Assembly: GCF_964355755.1 (NCBI RefSeq)
Contig: NC_092672.1
Coordinates: forward strand, 26,232,437-26,296,436
DNA length: 64,000 bases
Source: Antedon mediterranea
Lineage: Eukaryota > Animalia > Echinodermata
Direction: 5' to 3'
The notes below the pieces were generated by a model. That model searched no databases. It was not told where the DNA came from and saw nothing but the letters and a program-made list of their open reading frames with translations. Numbering within the stretch: position 1 is the first letter of the stretch; each line of letters opens with the position of its first letter. The translations under genes were made by a program, and so were the position numbers. This document shows, in pieces, positions 1-13,800 of this stretch.

Positions 1-87
1 GGCAGCGAATAAGCCATCGCTTGTGATTGGTCAATTCACTTGCATTGCGTTACGTCCTTGCGTTGCGTCGCTAGTGGGAACCACGCT
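1..87. mobile_element. Partial MITE (same family as 7322-7499), cut by the window edge
   Basis: Ends in ...CTAGTGGGAACCACGCT followed by TTA. It matches the reverse complement of the left part of the 7322-7499 element. Confidence 0.8.
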
Positions 88-144
88 TTAGTAGTACGTA
101 CGTACGTACGTGTGAATCAAGATATATGTTTTGTATTATTTCAG

Positions 145-381
145 GGTAAAGGAAAGATGACGACATTTTGGTTGATTGGTCGCGATAACTTCAATCAACT
201 TGTTTTACCCGACAGTCATTTGCAACCGACACACACCAATGCTATGGGAATACACGAGCACAGATACGAGCATTTATACGACCAAATGTGCACAGGTCGT
301 ATTCAGGTTGGAGACACTAGAACAAGTTACTTAGGCATGTCACTGAAACGTTCCACTGACCCAGAACAGTTACCTGGTTAA
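145..381 (+). CDS. Terminal coding exon of a guanylyl cyclase (probably receptor/ANPR-type)
   Basis: Acceptor ttatttcag|GGT at 144/145. Translation GKGKMTTFWLIGR matches the (V)KGKGxMxTYWL C-terminal motif of class III nucleotide cyclase catalytic domains, followed by a ~65-aa tail and TAA at 379-381. Confidence 0.8.
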   Translation, partial: GKGKMTTFWLIGRDNFNQLVLPDSHLQPTHTNAMGIHEHRYEHLYDQMCTGRIQVGDTRTSYLGMSLKRSTDPEQLPG

Positions 382-1981
382 TTGACATGTCTTTAAGGCA
401 CGCCCTTGCTGACTCAGAGTAATAATTAGTTCCTACCCACCAAAGTTAACGGGTGAACTGAACGAAACGGGCTCTTATAATTTTTAATGTCAGTAATGTG
501 CTCCCTTTGAAATAACTATCGTTCCTATTGCTACGAAGGAGTAATGTGACAGAGAACCAAATAAAATACTTTTCTAAGCTCTGACGTTAAAATGGTAGTA
601 CTAGGTAAAACAGTACCGTAATCCAAAACAAATAGTTTTGTATTGTTCTGTTTTGTAGCAAATTCAGTTTAACAATATTGATTCCTATTTTTATTGTCTA
701 CTCTTTCGTCGCATCTTTCCTTATACGGCTGCTGTACCCTTTGTTCCTCCCGTGTTTTTGTCTTTTATTCTACTCTTTACTAGATATCGGCAAAACTCAC
801 GAATGTTTAGCAAAGTTATCGTTGTTGATCACCATTTTCCTCTGTACAGTCTGATCCCTTTCTGTTCTCAAAAAATAGTGTCTGACTGACTACTTTGACA
901 TCGTCTAGCTACGCGATATGAAAGTAAAAATGATCCAATTTTTTGAGAATCATTGCGACAAGCAATAAGAATCATTTATATAAACAAAGACCTGGGAAAA
1001 ATGATATTAATAACATGTTGGACAAGACCAACATTAAATTACTTTTATTATAAGTTTTTTTGTAAAAGAAAATTAACATCAGTATAACTAATAATAATGC
1101 GTAAATGTTAGTTATTGTTGAGATTGTTTGTACAGATAAACTATATTTTACAGCCATTGCATAAGTGCTAATCTAACCATTAGATATACATTCAAGTTTA
1201 TCTAAATGCAGCAATCTTTAAAAACTGTAAATAATTCATTCAAATTAATAGTGTTGTAGACTCGAGAGATGTGTACGCACTGTTGAATGCAGCGTGTCAT
1301 TGTTCAATCTAATTAGTGGCTTTGGTCTAACATTGTATAATATACTAGACATATTCATACTGTATTACAGATGTTGATACTGCCTAGGACTTATATGTAT
1401 TGCAAATACTTAGCTACTACTACTACTCGTATTCAGACAATAATGTATGCTATGTAGATACACCCCACTCATGGTACCTTTCTTGGTAGGGTCTACAACT
1501 CATGTGTCCATTGTCTATTGTGCGTCATACCAAATTATTTCTCTCTCCAACACCAACTCGGAAGAATTTGCTATTATCTGCAACAATGTAAATGTATGTT
1601 TTGTATAACTTATTATCGTACGTCTTTTTGATTGTAAACTATTGCTTGTAACTGCAGATATTATTGCTCTTGAGGTATAATTGGTTGAAGAATTCCTTTC
1701 TAGGTTGGTAGCAAACTACGCTAATATTATTATACCTATAATATCTTATACCACCTACCCCCATTCTTTGCGTATCCTGATTGATATGGTTCTTTTTGTA
1801 CAGTTCTCATTAAGAGATAATTATCATGAGGATGTTGATATTAAAAGTAAGTTGTGAGTCTACACAGCAGCCAGGTACACAGCCCAATTTGCTTCTATCC
1901 ACAGTCCGCAATAATGCAGTCTTCTCTTGTTGAATATCGTAAGGTAATAAGCAAATAATATCGTCTGAGTTAAAATTATTG

Positions 1982-1987
1982 TTTATT
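1982..1987 (-). terminator. Candidate polyadenylation signal of the astacin gene
   Basis: AATAAA on the minus strand, 6 nt downstream of the stop codon. Confidence 0.45.
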
Positions 1988-1993
1988 AAACGT

Positions 1994-2124
1994 TTACAAT
2001 GTTTCACAAACTGATTGTTGTAAACTGGTACACGGCCATGTTCGCCATCGACCGTTCGGTTTCATCGAAACACATTTATGTTTAGGTCTTCTGTTTGACA
2101 TGATTGGTTCTTGTGCAGCCCAAT
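1994..2124 (-). CDS. Astacin gene exon 17 (C-type lectin 2, C-part, stop)
   Basis: WAAQEP...CVSMKPNGRWRTWPC...VCETL-TAA. Confidence 0.88.
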
Positions 2125-5100
2125 CTGAAAACGAAATTATTCATAAATATGACGTTTGTAAAACACCAACAAAAGCAATAATTATTTTATTATGAGCATT
2201 GCAAATAATCCACAGCATCGCTTTGTGCTAAGTTGATAATAAACGGAATGTTAATATTCGAAATGTGTTGCATTATTTAATAGTCTTAATATAGTGTGTA
2301 ATAATATTTAACTGATTATTGTGACACGTGTGCATTGTTTTCTCGTTTTTAACGAATGTGGGTTTGGAATTATATTTCGAATTATATTTATGTGTACGCT
2401 GAAGCTACCCAGTTCCAACTGATGTAAGTACTCGTGTGATTTAATTTCCGTGTTTATTAACTCCTATATAGTTCCAAGGTACCTCCGACAGGTTTCAGAA
2501 TGTCGTTAGATTAGGGAAAAGTGAAATGTCACTTTTCCCTGGTTAGACAAGCGCTTTCCATTTTTTGCTGAACGCCAAACAAGCTAAACCGAGTGTAACG
2601 CCGATCATGGAGGTATAAAATACATTTTTATTATTTTGTAACGTGTATACCTCCATACTCCGTTAGACTGTAACTTAACTCCGTGTAAACGTAACCTAAG
2701 TCTAGTGTTTATATTGATATAGTATGTGTATGTTACTTACTTTGGAATGTACTTAAAGCGCCATTTAAGTGAGAGTACCAGCCTCGTTTTCGTTTGCTGT
2801 ATCTTATATTAAGGAATGACCAACCGCTTGATATGCTTTGCATGTGCTTGTTCTCAGCAATGCTATCAATACTCGCAAGTACGGCTCCTTTGGAATGGCA
2901 TTCCTTTTGTGAATCTTTAAAATTTCGTTTTGATTTTACTAAAAAGTAACACCTTCCATCAAACATATGACAATCTGAAAGCAAAAGAATATCAATATAA
3001 TCATGTAACGGTAAATAAAGTTGGCAAATCTTCCCAGTAGAAAGTCTAATTGAAAATTAAAGGATAAAATTAGAAATCAAATTTTAAATGAAGAAAAAAA
3101 CTTTAACTTTTTAAATTGTAGACTGATATTGGCCAAATGTTACGGATGTCGGAAAACTTCTCTCAGTAGATACTGTAGTCTTTATATCAAGGTACAGTTA
3201 GGCCTAATGAATATAAGATCTAAATATTTTTTTTTTTTTACATAATACGAGATACTTAATGTAATTTTCGAGCGAAAAAATGTGTTTGTTGTAATGGAAA
3301 TAGAGTTATTCTGAAATTCTTGTTAAGACTGTGTATTTCTTTGTAATTTTGGATCAAATAAAATCCGTCAGTCTACAAATCAATCAATTATAGAAATGTT
3401 CAGGATAGTTTCTGAGTGGACTAGGTTTACTCGGAGTGAAATTCCGTGAGGTTTTTTGGTGGTCATTCTGATCGTTTTATCTGGAAACAGGTATGAAAGT
3501 ACCTGTTCATATGTACAGTATAATGATCTCTCTTTCCACTTGGTTATATTAACCATGCCGGGAGGGGATTCCAAATCTTGATGGCTCTCAGATGGCTTTA
3601 ACAGTCTTTTATGACCAAAAAATCCTACCTTGTACAAAACGAGAGTGGCACGCACGAAGCAATGATAAAAGACAGGAAAGAGTGAGACAACACGCCATAA
3701 CATCTCGCCATTGTCCATGTAATCTCACTCTTCCGTTGTAAAAGGTACTTTTTTTCAGTACTGTAGGCCTACCTGTAGCGTAAACTTGAACTTCACACAG
3801 TTCAATAGTTCCGTGTTTCTTCTCCAGTTGAATACTAACATATCTACCGAGTCTAGAATGACGACAATTCTGTGTCACTTGATGCTTCGAGTCTAGATCT
3901 GATCTGGTAAGACCTACATTGCACTTACGGTTTGAGCGAAATGCATTCGACTCGTTTCCAATACGAATAATCGCGCCCACAAGAGGTCCGGCTGAAATCA
4001 TTAGGAGAGAGAAAGAAAATAAATAGTTTTTGTATCGATTACCAGTTTTATTCCATTTAGTGTGTATTAATTGTTTTCTCTTTCTTGTATTTGTCCTGTA
4101 CATGTACAGTATATTTGTTTATTTTGACAAAATGAATAAATTAATGAATGAATGTTATTGTTCAAAAAAGTAAAATTGAATTTTATGTGAAATTGTATGC
4201 AAAAAGGTATGATAAAATGTGTACCTAGCACACAGGTATCATTTATTTTGTAATGGATAGTGGTGAAGTATCAATATTATGTTTAGTAATAATGTAGTTT
4301 TACTTACAAAAATAACCTTTCTTCGTAATTGTTAGTTTATTGACAAGTAGTGTTTTTCCTAAATCAACTTTCCACCAAGGCTCCCATTGGTGACCTGCAC
4401 ACAAACAAGTAAAATATATTTCAATACAGAACTGAAATCTAATAAACTAACGTCGCATAGTATGTGAAAACAAACGCCGTGAGTTTAAAAGTAGCCGTCG
4501 TTTCAAGATGGATATACAACGTTTTAGTTTCAAAATGGTCATACTTTGCAGACCCGGAGTATTTTAAAGAATTCCCTCTATCAAGAGTTACTTTATAATA
4601 GTAGTAAAGCTTATTGTGGACGTCTTTGTGTGACTCTTGTATAATACGGATAGTGTCAAACATAAAGCAATCTAACAACAGGACACTGTGCTCCAACAAT
4701 AGATCAAAGATTTCATCTTTGGTTGCGACATGATGTACTATTTTACCTGCAAATATTGAAATATTGTAAAATACTGGTAAATTAAATAAAGTGAGTAATT
4801 TGGTACCGTCCCTTTTCCTCCATATTGGAAATAACGAATTTTACGACTGTATAAGTAACTAATATATGAATTTTTCGCAGCCAATCAGAAGATCAAAACA
4901 CTGTTACGAGTTCCTATCTTGTCCTGTTGTTAGGTTGTCTTGTATTGAGCAGTGAATGGAGAATGAGTTACTCCGGGATCAGTGTAATAGAATTAAACTT
5001 TCTAAGCTTACGTGTTCGACTACAGGCTCCTTTTACAAACGTTCTTGCCCAAAAGTTACCATCGACAGCAAGACTAGCATCTGAAAGAGTACTACTTTGC

Positions 5101-7775
5101 GTGGCAGGTTTATTAAGAGCTCGGGAACCAGCACATATCTGAAGATTGCAACTGCGCATTTCTACACTGCTTCCGTGGCAAAAACCTGGTAAATTGCACT
5201 GACGTGTCCGTTTTTGTGTACCACCATTACACGTCACTGAACAACTCTCCCATTCTTCCCATTTTTGCCAGTTAGCTGTTACAATAATGGTTATTTATTA
5301 CAAATTAATACTTTGTTTTAGGTCTACTTTCTTTGTCTCTAAAAAATATATGATTAACTCTATGCAACAAATAAATAGCTATCTAATGAGGATGCGCATA
5401 CTTCTGTTAAGGTCAATTTACACAGACGAGCGGTAACACAAATATAGAATCTATGGTATTCCACATGAACATTTTCACACAACGCGGAGCGGACGGCGGG
5501 TGGTTTCCGCTCAGAATAGATACAGATTATACGTGGGGGTAGACAAGCTACGCGGTTTTCCGCTTACCGTTACCGCTCGTCTATGTAAATTGGCCTTTAG
5601 ACGCAAAAGTGCTGTTTCATGAAAACAAAAGGTAGCTAATATTGTTCACATTTCACCTACCTTGTACTGTTCTTGAAACGTATGTCTCGCATATTGTAGA
5701 AATACTTCGCCTGTTGCATTTTATGTTGTTCCATTTCCCGTAAACACTGACAACAACACATCCTGTATCAAACTTAGTTGGTTGAGTATACTTTGTCCAT
5801 CCTTTTTATTAAACACAAATTATAAAATGAATATTGATATTATTTTAGTTTTTCTTCAATCGAATTCCTCTCCTAGTGTTGTATTTTAATTTTTTTTTAC
5901 TATAATTATTATCAATATATTGTTTGTAGGTTTGCATGGCGAAATCAAATGTTTGCGGTACACCACGTATATTTAGTTCTGGAAGGAACAGTTGAGTTTC
6001 TCAACTAAAATACGTGGCAAACTTTATATCAATATATGTATAATAATTATTTACCTGAATGAATGACAACCTACACAAACGTGTATGAATAGATTCATTA
6101 ATAATATTACTCTTACGTTATTATAGTAATTAAAATGAATTGAAAATAGTCATCATCAACGTCACCTAGATTTAACAATTAGGCCTACCATTAATAATGT
6201 CCATAAATGTATGCTAATATAATATATTATAACTATACTATTATTCAAATACTAGTTTCATATTCCTAAATTATAATAGTCGTAACAATGTCACGTGTTT
6301 AGAATGAAACAAAACAACAAAACTTGAATTTGCATAAATACCATTGAATGACGTATATTCGTTACGAATCCATTGCCACCTATCTCTGTGATTCATATAA
6401 GCCATTCCAATCCAAAACAAACGGCCGATTGATCGTTCTCCGAAGCGTAATCTTATGAACTCGTTCTCTTCTGCTGAACTGATGACAGGTAGATTTCCGC
6501 CCATAAGTTGACAGAGATTGTCTGCTTCATGCCAGGCTAGTTGTTTATCAATGAAAGTATAACAGCTTCTTCCAAGGCAGTTAGAATAATCGACTAAATA
6601 GTAAAAAGGTAGGCCATTAAACATGTTTACAAGATAGAGACATTTTAGTGCAAAGGTGTCACTCTCGAAAAGAATGTTACAGTGATTTCCCTCCAACTAA
6701 TGACCATTTTGGTATGGAAGATTACCTCACATTAAATGCCATTTTGGTACATCATTAACGCACCAAGACCATTTCAATAGAGTTTCTTTCTAATAAAGGT
6801 CTTTATGACCGATTGTTTTGATACTGTTAAGACTACCGTATTGAAACTAAATAAACAATATCATACCAGTGGCTGGGTCTTCATCATATATTCTGTATGT
6901 AGCTAGGAAACCCGTTGATTGAAATGTATAGTCAGATTTAAACCCAACTAGCATTTTGTTTTTATCAGAGATGAAATATTTTTGGTACTTAAATCCACAC
7001 ATTCTGTAATAGGACGACAAAACATTATTTTATTTACAATGTAAAAACAATCTACAGTATAGGCCTATGGTTTTTAGAATACCTTTGTCTCCTTTTTATT
7101 TTAAATTAGGTGTTATTAATTAAAAAAACAAAATTACAGAAACAACATTTGTTTTAATTGAATATCGATCATAGCATGTCGAATTGGAGGTCTGTGTGGG
7201 TGGCAGATTCAACTATAATCGTTTCTAAAATAATAAATGAATTGCAGTATATCAAATGTAGTGTTCTGTGCCTGTGATGATTATAGCCAATAATACATTA
7301 ATCATAAGTACACTGTTGTTAAGCGTGGTTCCCACTAGCGACGCAACGCAAGGACGTAACGCAACGCAAGTGAATTGACCAATCACAAGCGATGGCTTAT
7401 TCGCTTGTGATTGCTAACTGTCTATAACTTCGCTTGTCATTGGTTAAACGCTTGTGTTGCGTTTACGTCCTTGCGTTACGTTCCAGTGGGAACCAAGCTT
7501 TAGCAGTAAAACATTTTATTCCAAATTGAATGATTCGTTATTCTTTTTTTTTTTCTACTCTCTCCATGGTTCTGGTGGTAGAAACAAGTCTTCTCGTATA
7601 AGGGCTGTAAACCGTACGTCCAGTGTACACATCTAGCTTATGCGCACTTTAAAGAACCTAGTATATCTGTCGAGACGAGTAGGTGGTTACCCCGGTGTAC
7701 CAGTACACGCACAACCACTGATCGTAACTGGGCCCTCGGGGAGGAGTCCAGTCTTTGACTGAAGATGTTACCCAG

Positions 7776-7818
<43 letters not shown>

Positions 7819-10800
7819 CAAATTTAATTCAATTTAATTCAAAAAGCTTTTTAAAATGGAGAAAATAAAAAGAGGATGTTTGTAAATCAAAATCATATTT
7901 TATATATACGGGAAGGATACAAAAAATGCGGCCCTCTCAGATCCGGCGGCCATGGTCTATTCCAGATCTGTCTGACATGCTATGTTTGCCAAAATGTTTT
8001 ATTGTTTACAACAATGTTGTATTGATTATATTCCATGGATTATACTAGAAGGATAATAAAAATGAAGGCTATACCTTTCGTGATTATCTTCGTACATGTT
8101 TTTGGTTCGAACGCTTACAAAGTCACGTTTGCAATTGCGTGAATCCTCTAATGAAAATGTCTTGAAAGACAATCGTATTTTTTGACCAGGTTTTGCCTAA
8201 AAGCAATTGACATGTTTAAAGAAACATATTATTTCAAATCAAGCAATTACGCAAAAAAAGATGCTTATATTCCGAAGCACGTAACAAATTAGTAACATTT
8301 AAATCCTTCAGTGCCTGGATCTCAACGGAGATATAAATACAATAGGCAGAAAGCTAAATCAAAACGGTTAAAGAACTTAGTCAGAAAGAAAGTGTCAATC
8401 TTTCGAAAATATTCAACGGTGAGAGGATACAATATAGTTAAAACCATAATAACAACATTATATGTCCGTAAATATAAAAAAAACGCAAAAGTGGAATTTA
8501 ATTAATGCATTATGTTAGGAAAATTATGAGAGAAGTCAAACCTTCTGAACATTAAGTAATATATATTTACTTTCATGTATAATCCTGAACTTAGTAATTA
8601 TTGGTAAACGCATGACAATTAGATTGCATTGGTAAACGCTTGTATCGAATCAAACAGAATTATTAGTGAAATTAGGAAATTAATAGTAAAAAAAGTAGCA
8701 CATAAGCCTTAAATCCGTTTAAGGAAGGCAATCTAACAACATGACACTGATACCTTGAGTCAACAGCTTCTTCAGAAGAAGACATTTTAAAATCAATTTG
8801 GTACTATCAAACCAGTTTAACAGTTACAATCTATTATAAACAAGCATACCAAATGAATAAGTCACATTATCATTATTTATTCAGTTACTTACCTCAATAT
8901 ACCATAAACAATCGCCTTTATTGCTGTATGCTTCAGGGTAATTTGGAGATGAAAGTGTTCCAGTCGAATCGGTCAGTTTATATCTACATTCTACAAGTGC
9001 AATATTTACAGTTTGATTGGTTGGATCTCTATAGTTTCTTTGATAATTCAATATGCTACATTTTTAGAAAATGTTAAAATGACTGAGATATCTATCTGAT
9101 TTCTAGTTAGCAAATTCCAAGCTTAAAAAAGGTTTACTGTGTAAGCCAGTGGCTGTATTCATCATTCATACACAAAATAAATCTCCTATCTAAGTGAAAA
9201 GAATTTAGGAGAAATATTAATTATTGAGTTAAGTGAAATACTTAATGGAAATATATCTCACTTTTACTTAAGCGTTATTGGAAAAAACAAACCTTTTTTG
9301 CCAACTCTGGGTTTGCTCATGACTTTAACCAAAAGTTTTCTAGTGAAGACTACCAAGAAGTAATAAGGTTTGAGGGGGTCATAAGTAATTATACACGTGT
9401 GCGTAAATCTATATGAGCAGTAGAGAAGCAACTAAACATTTTTGAGCATTTGATTAATGTGTGACTTTACTTATTTTGCATAAAACAATATTAATTGACT
9501 CTTACTATTTTCTTGATGAAGCTCTTCAGTTTTTTCGCATAAAAGGCCAGTAAACCCAGGCGGGCAGATGCACGAGCAGTATGGATATGGGCCGACATAC
9601 CCATTATTCTTGCACTCCTTATAAGCACAATCTTCTGCAAAACAAAGTCATTATTGAAAATTAGGTTCGATTGAAACACCGTGGAACAAGTCTTCCATGG
9701 GCACATTCATTATAAAATTCCGTGTTGTGCAGATTTCAGTACAGAGAACCCCTATTTTGAGTACCCCCTCGTGGGCCCTCAAAGTGACCATTAATAGCGT
9801 TGTTAATTCGCATATCTATTAGACCTAGGTCCTAAATGGAATTGAATTAATAGTGCATAAAGATGATAGGAACAGTAATATGCAGTACTTGCAGCAATAG
9901 TTTTAAGAAAACAGAGAGATATTGTAAAATTAGCGAAATTTACTGCGAATTTAATCTCAATAACGCTTTCTGTAAATTACAAGCGTTCTAGTGCGCCTTG
10001 GACACATTTGGTGGAGAAGTGTGCATTAACAATTTTTTCCCTGAAACTAACTTTTTGTTCGACTTCACTATGTTAGTTCAATTGTTTTAGAAGTCACCAA
10101 AAGAAATCAGACTTACTATTGCAACTGTACATTCGGTTAACCATCATAGCGTCATAGAATGTAACCCCATTAGTTGGTCCAACATCGTATTGCAGCAGAG
10201 GGTCTCGAGATACGACAGTCGGATTCGAGTTTACACTAAAGCTCTAATAAAAAAATATATATTATTAAACTCTAAATACAAACAGAAAAACAGTTGTAAA
10301 TTGGTGAAAGTGGTAGATCCAACGGAATAGAAACTAACTCGAATTTTTCGAGGTTTTCAATTTACTTCAGATTTTACTATGGATCTTAGTGAGATCAAGG
10401 CAATCAAAAAAACACGCTCAGCTCGCCAACATGTTGTGGAAGTCAACGATTGGCCAATGACAAGTCAATCAAACTTGTAGGGCAGGCAAAATCGGGCGTC
10501 AAACTTTTCCAGTTGATCTAGGAAAGCGTAGTGTCTTGTTGTTTGATTGCCTTGATGAGATCAGGTCAATAGCAATTTAGAGATTAAAGACCATCATTCG
10601 AACACTTTTTCGAACTTTCGGACAAAATAAATTAATACAAATATAAATATTAGGGCATTGTAAGTAAGGGGCGCCAGTCAAAGTTATGCGACACAGAAGA
10701 TCTAAGAATCACTTCTGTGTCACATAATAACAATGTCCCAAACGGCACCACATACAACGATGTAAGTGTAGTACTTACATTTCTTTTGTAATGCATAATA

Positions 10801-13800
10801 GAGTTGTAGTCGTATGGTGTTGACGTCAATGTCGAGCGTTTGTCGAAATTGTATGCCACGTTTTCTTGAATATTTAGCCATAACACCCGAACATGTTTAT
10901 CTCGGTCTGCTCGTTCCTGCTCGTGGTGTAACCCAATGGCATGGCCGAGTTCGTGAAGCACTGTTAAAACCTAAAATAAATAGAATATAGTATAGCTGCG
11001 CTTAATTAGGATTCATTTCTGTGACTGACTATGTGCATTGTTGTTTCTGTTTATGCCATTTTAGCTATGCTGATGCCCTCTATCGGAAAACAGTGCTTCA
11101 ATCGGTTTAACTTGGATCAGTTTTCAAACGTGTCTGTTATAACTCCGTTACACAAAACCTACCAGAGTTGTGTCGGAGCCGAGACGGTCGACGGAGATAA
11201 ATCAAAGTTATATGGAGTTTACGAAACAAAGGTATAGAAAACTTAAGCGATTACACTTATGACGTATGTAACTACCGTATGTAATTATAATAATATGCAT
11301 GATTAAATCTAGTGCGTATGAACACACATTCCTTCTCTTTAGTGGATCATTATAAACAATTTAGTTACAGGTAAAAAACATCAAAAACAACTGTAAATTG
11401 AGAATTAAAAAACAGGGGGAAACTAGAGTCAGTGTCACATGACCTCTGTACATGTACATATTCAAAAAGATAAAATAAAGTCTCGGATTTTCACTATAGC
11501 ATTTCTTAAGTACCTTGACTTAAGCAAAACGATTGTGCGAGCACAGGTTGTCAAGTGTGCAGTGGAGGGGTTATTAATCGTTTAAAGTATACTTTTGTAG
11601 CCAGTAAGCTTAGGTAATTAACTTACATTAGCACATTTTTTACCAATAGAAATAATTTGTTCACCGCTTCGCTTGGAACCAATTGACGAAGAGCATCTAA
11701 AGGATAAAAAATAAAAATATTAAACTTGTTATTAACTAAAAATTAAGTTATTATCAAAAACGTACAGAAAGTAACAATTATTGCGATTGTAACGATCTGT
11801 TTGAAAACAGTTTATGGTCAAAAGAACAAACTTGAACTTCAGTGGACATTAGGCTTAAAAATGTTTAAAGATAGGGTGGGTTAAACAGTTCGTTTATCTC
11901 TTATACGAAAGACATCGTTCACGGCAGCGGGTAGTGATCTTTGATTCTGAGTGAAGGAGATAAAGTTAATGCATATCTAATGAAATGTAATAGGTGGAAA
12001 TTGTTGTTTTTTACTGCTATTAGTCTTATAGGTCTACCCTTTTCACACTTGCAAAAATTAACAACTTGTAACCAGGTTTGCTAAGCGTGAAGACAATTTT
12101 CTGAAAATTCTCCAAGAATTATGAAATCTCGGGAGAAAAACAAACTGATGAGAGGCCTGTTTTTGACACGAGTCCTGAGTTGTATCTGCGCGCACGTGTA
12201 TTTACCTGGTAGTAAAACTTATCAATCAAATAGCGCAAAACTATGCTTTCTCCCGAGATTTCTAACGGCTCGTATACGTGTATGAAACGTCTAATAAATC
12301 AAGATCAAACCTGGTTACAACTTTTGCAAGCGTGAAAATGGTATTTCTCCAACACAACACAATCAATTAATTGCAAAATGAACAGGACCGTTATGAAACG
12401 AAATTTCAACTCTAGTAATCTTTGGAAATGCTCTTTTTGTTTTTACTTACCCGTTGCCTGGAAAAAACGAAATGCGATGAGAATGTCCAAGTGATTTTTC
12501 AGTTTCTTCGTTGTAACTAACAAACCTCAAACATGTTTTTACTTCCCATATCTTTAAGCTTTCTAAAATAGAATCTTTTGCTGAAATGAAATAAGTTATT
12601 ATTATTGTTATTTATCATTGAATACCAATAAATAATATTCATTATTTTACATTCAGCTCCTGACAGCGGAGCTTACCATATCTTTACCGCAGTATGAATT
12701 CTCCTACCGTGGTGTTTTTAGTCGCGTGCAACGCGACTCTACAGCTCACTATGTCGGTCGGTAGTTGCCAACTTCACTTTGGTAGTGATGGCTTCCTCAA
12801 ACCGTGCTGGCTTCCTCAAACCGTGCTGGCTTCCCCAAACCAGCAAAAAAAGAAGCGTTTACTTTTAAGAATTAACTATCCAAAGGGTGTATATTATATA
12901 TTTCACTCAGTTTTGATTTTATTTCAGTAGGCCATGTCCTAAGATTCCAATTTAAATAAATTGATCATTTAAAACTTAGAACGTAATTGTTATTTCCGAA
13001 AAAATAAACACTTAATTACGATGTAACCGCAAGAAAATTTATAATATAAACGCATTATCTCGAGTCGCATTAGAATAAAATAAAGTTTCTTTTGACAGAT
13101 TGATGCTGTGAGATTGAGTTATAAATCTAAAAACTTACAAACAAGGAAATATTATTATATATGAACTATGTGTGAACTTAAGGCCAATCCCAAGGAAATA
13201 GCTTACAAATCTTATACATTTCAAACTGTTTACTTCTCAATAATGTCCAGTTGTTGATATATTAGGCCAGAGGATCATTAGTGTTTAGGGTAAAGTTATT
13301 ATGGTGTTTGAAATATTAATGATTGTATAAAAAGTGATTTGCAGACTTTATTCATGAAGTCTAGCATTTTTATTCCCCATTTATTTAAGTTGAACTTCCT
13401 TCAATTCCCTCGTTTCCTACAATAGTCGTAAACTTTAGAGGTGCCGGTAATTGTCTGCATAACGCGTTAAGTGGATTCCTTACTATTGCCACTTGCGGAT
13501 CGAGATTCAAGTTTTGAGATTTTTTTTTATTGAGCAAAGCAAGCGTATTCCATGGTTGTTGGTCAGAGATGATAGGTACAGGAGTCCCTTTTCACTAAAT
13601 TACAGTAAAAAAGCCTAATTCTTCACAGTTCATATAATACCGAAAATCTTGGAAAGAAGCCCATCGCGAAAAGAATCCCCATATGTGGTTTGGAAAATGA
13701 TCTTGGAAAAAGCCAGGCCATCTTAAATCAAGTCCACTGGCATTCTTTTCGATGTATTTGAATATCAATTGAATAGAAATGTATGATCATGTTATATAAA

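Noticed and set aside
40-144. N-terminal part of ORF 40-381
   Set aside because: It consists of MITE end, (GTAC)n and intron sequence; the real exon starts after the acceptor at 145.
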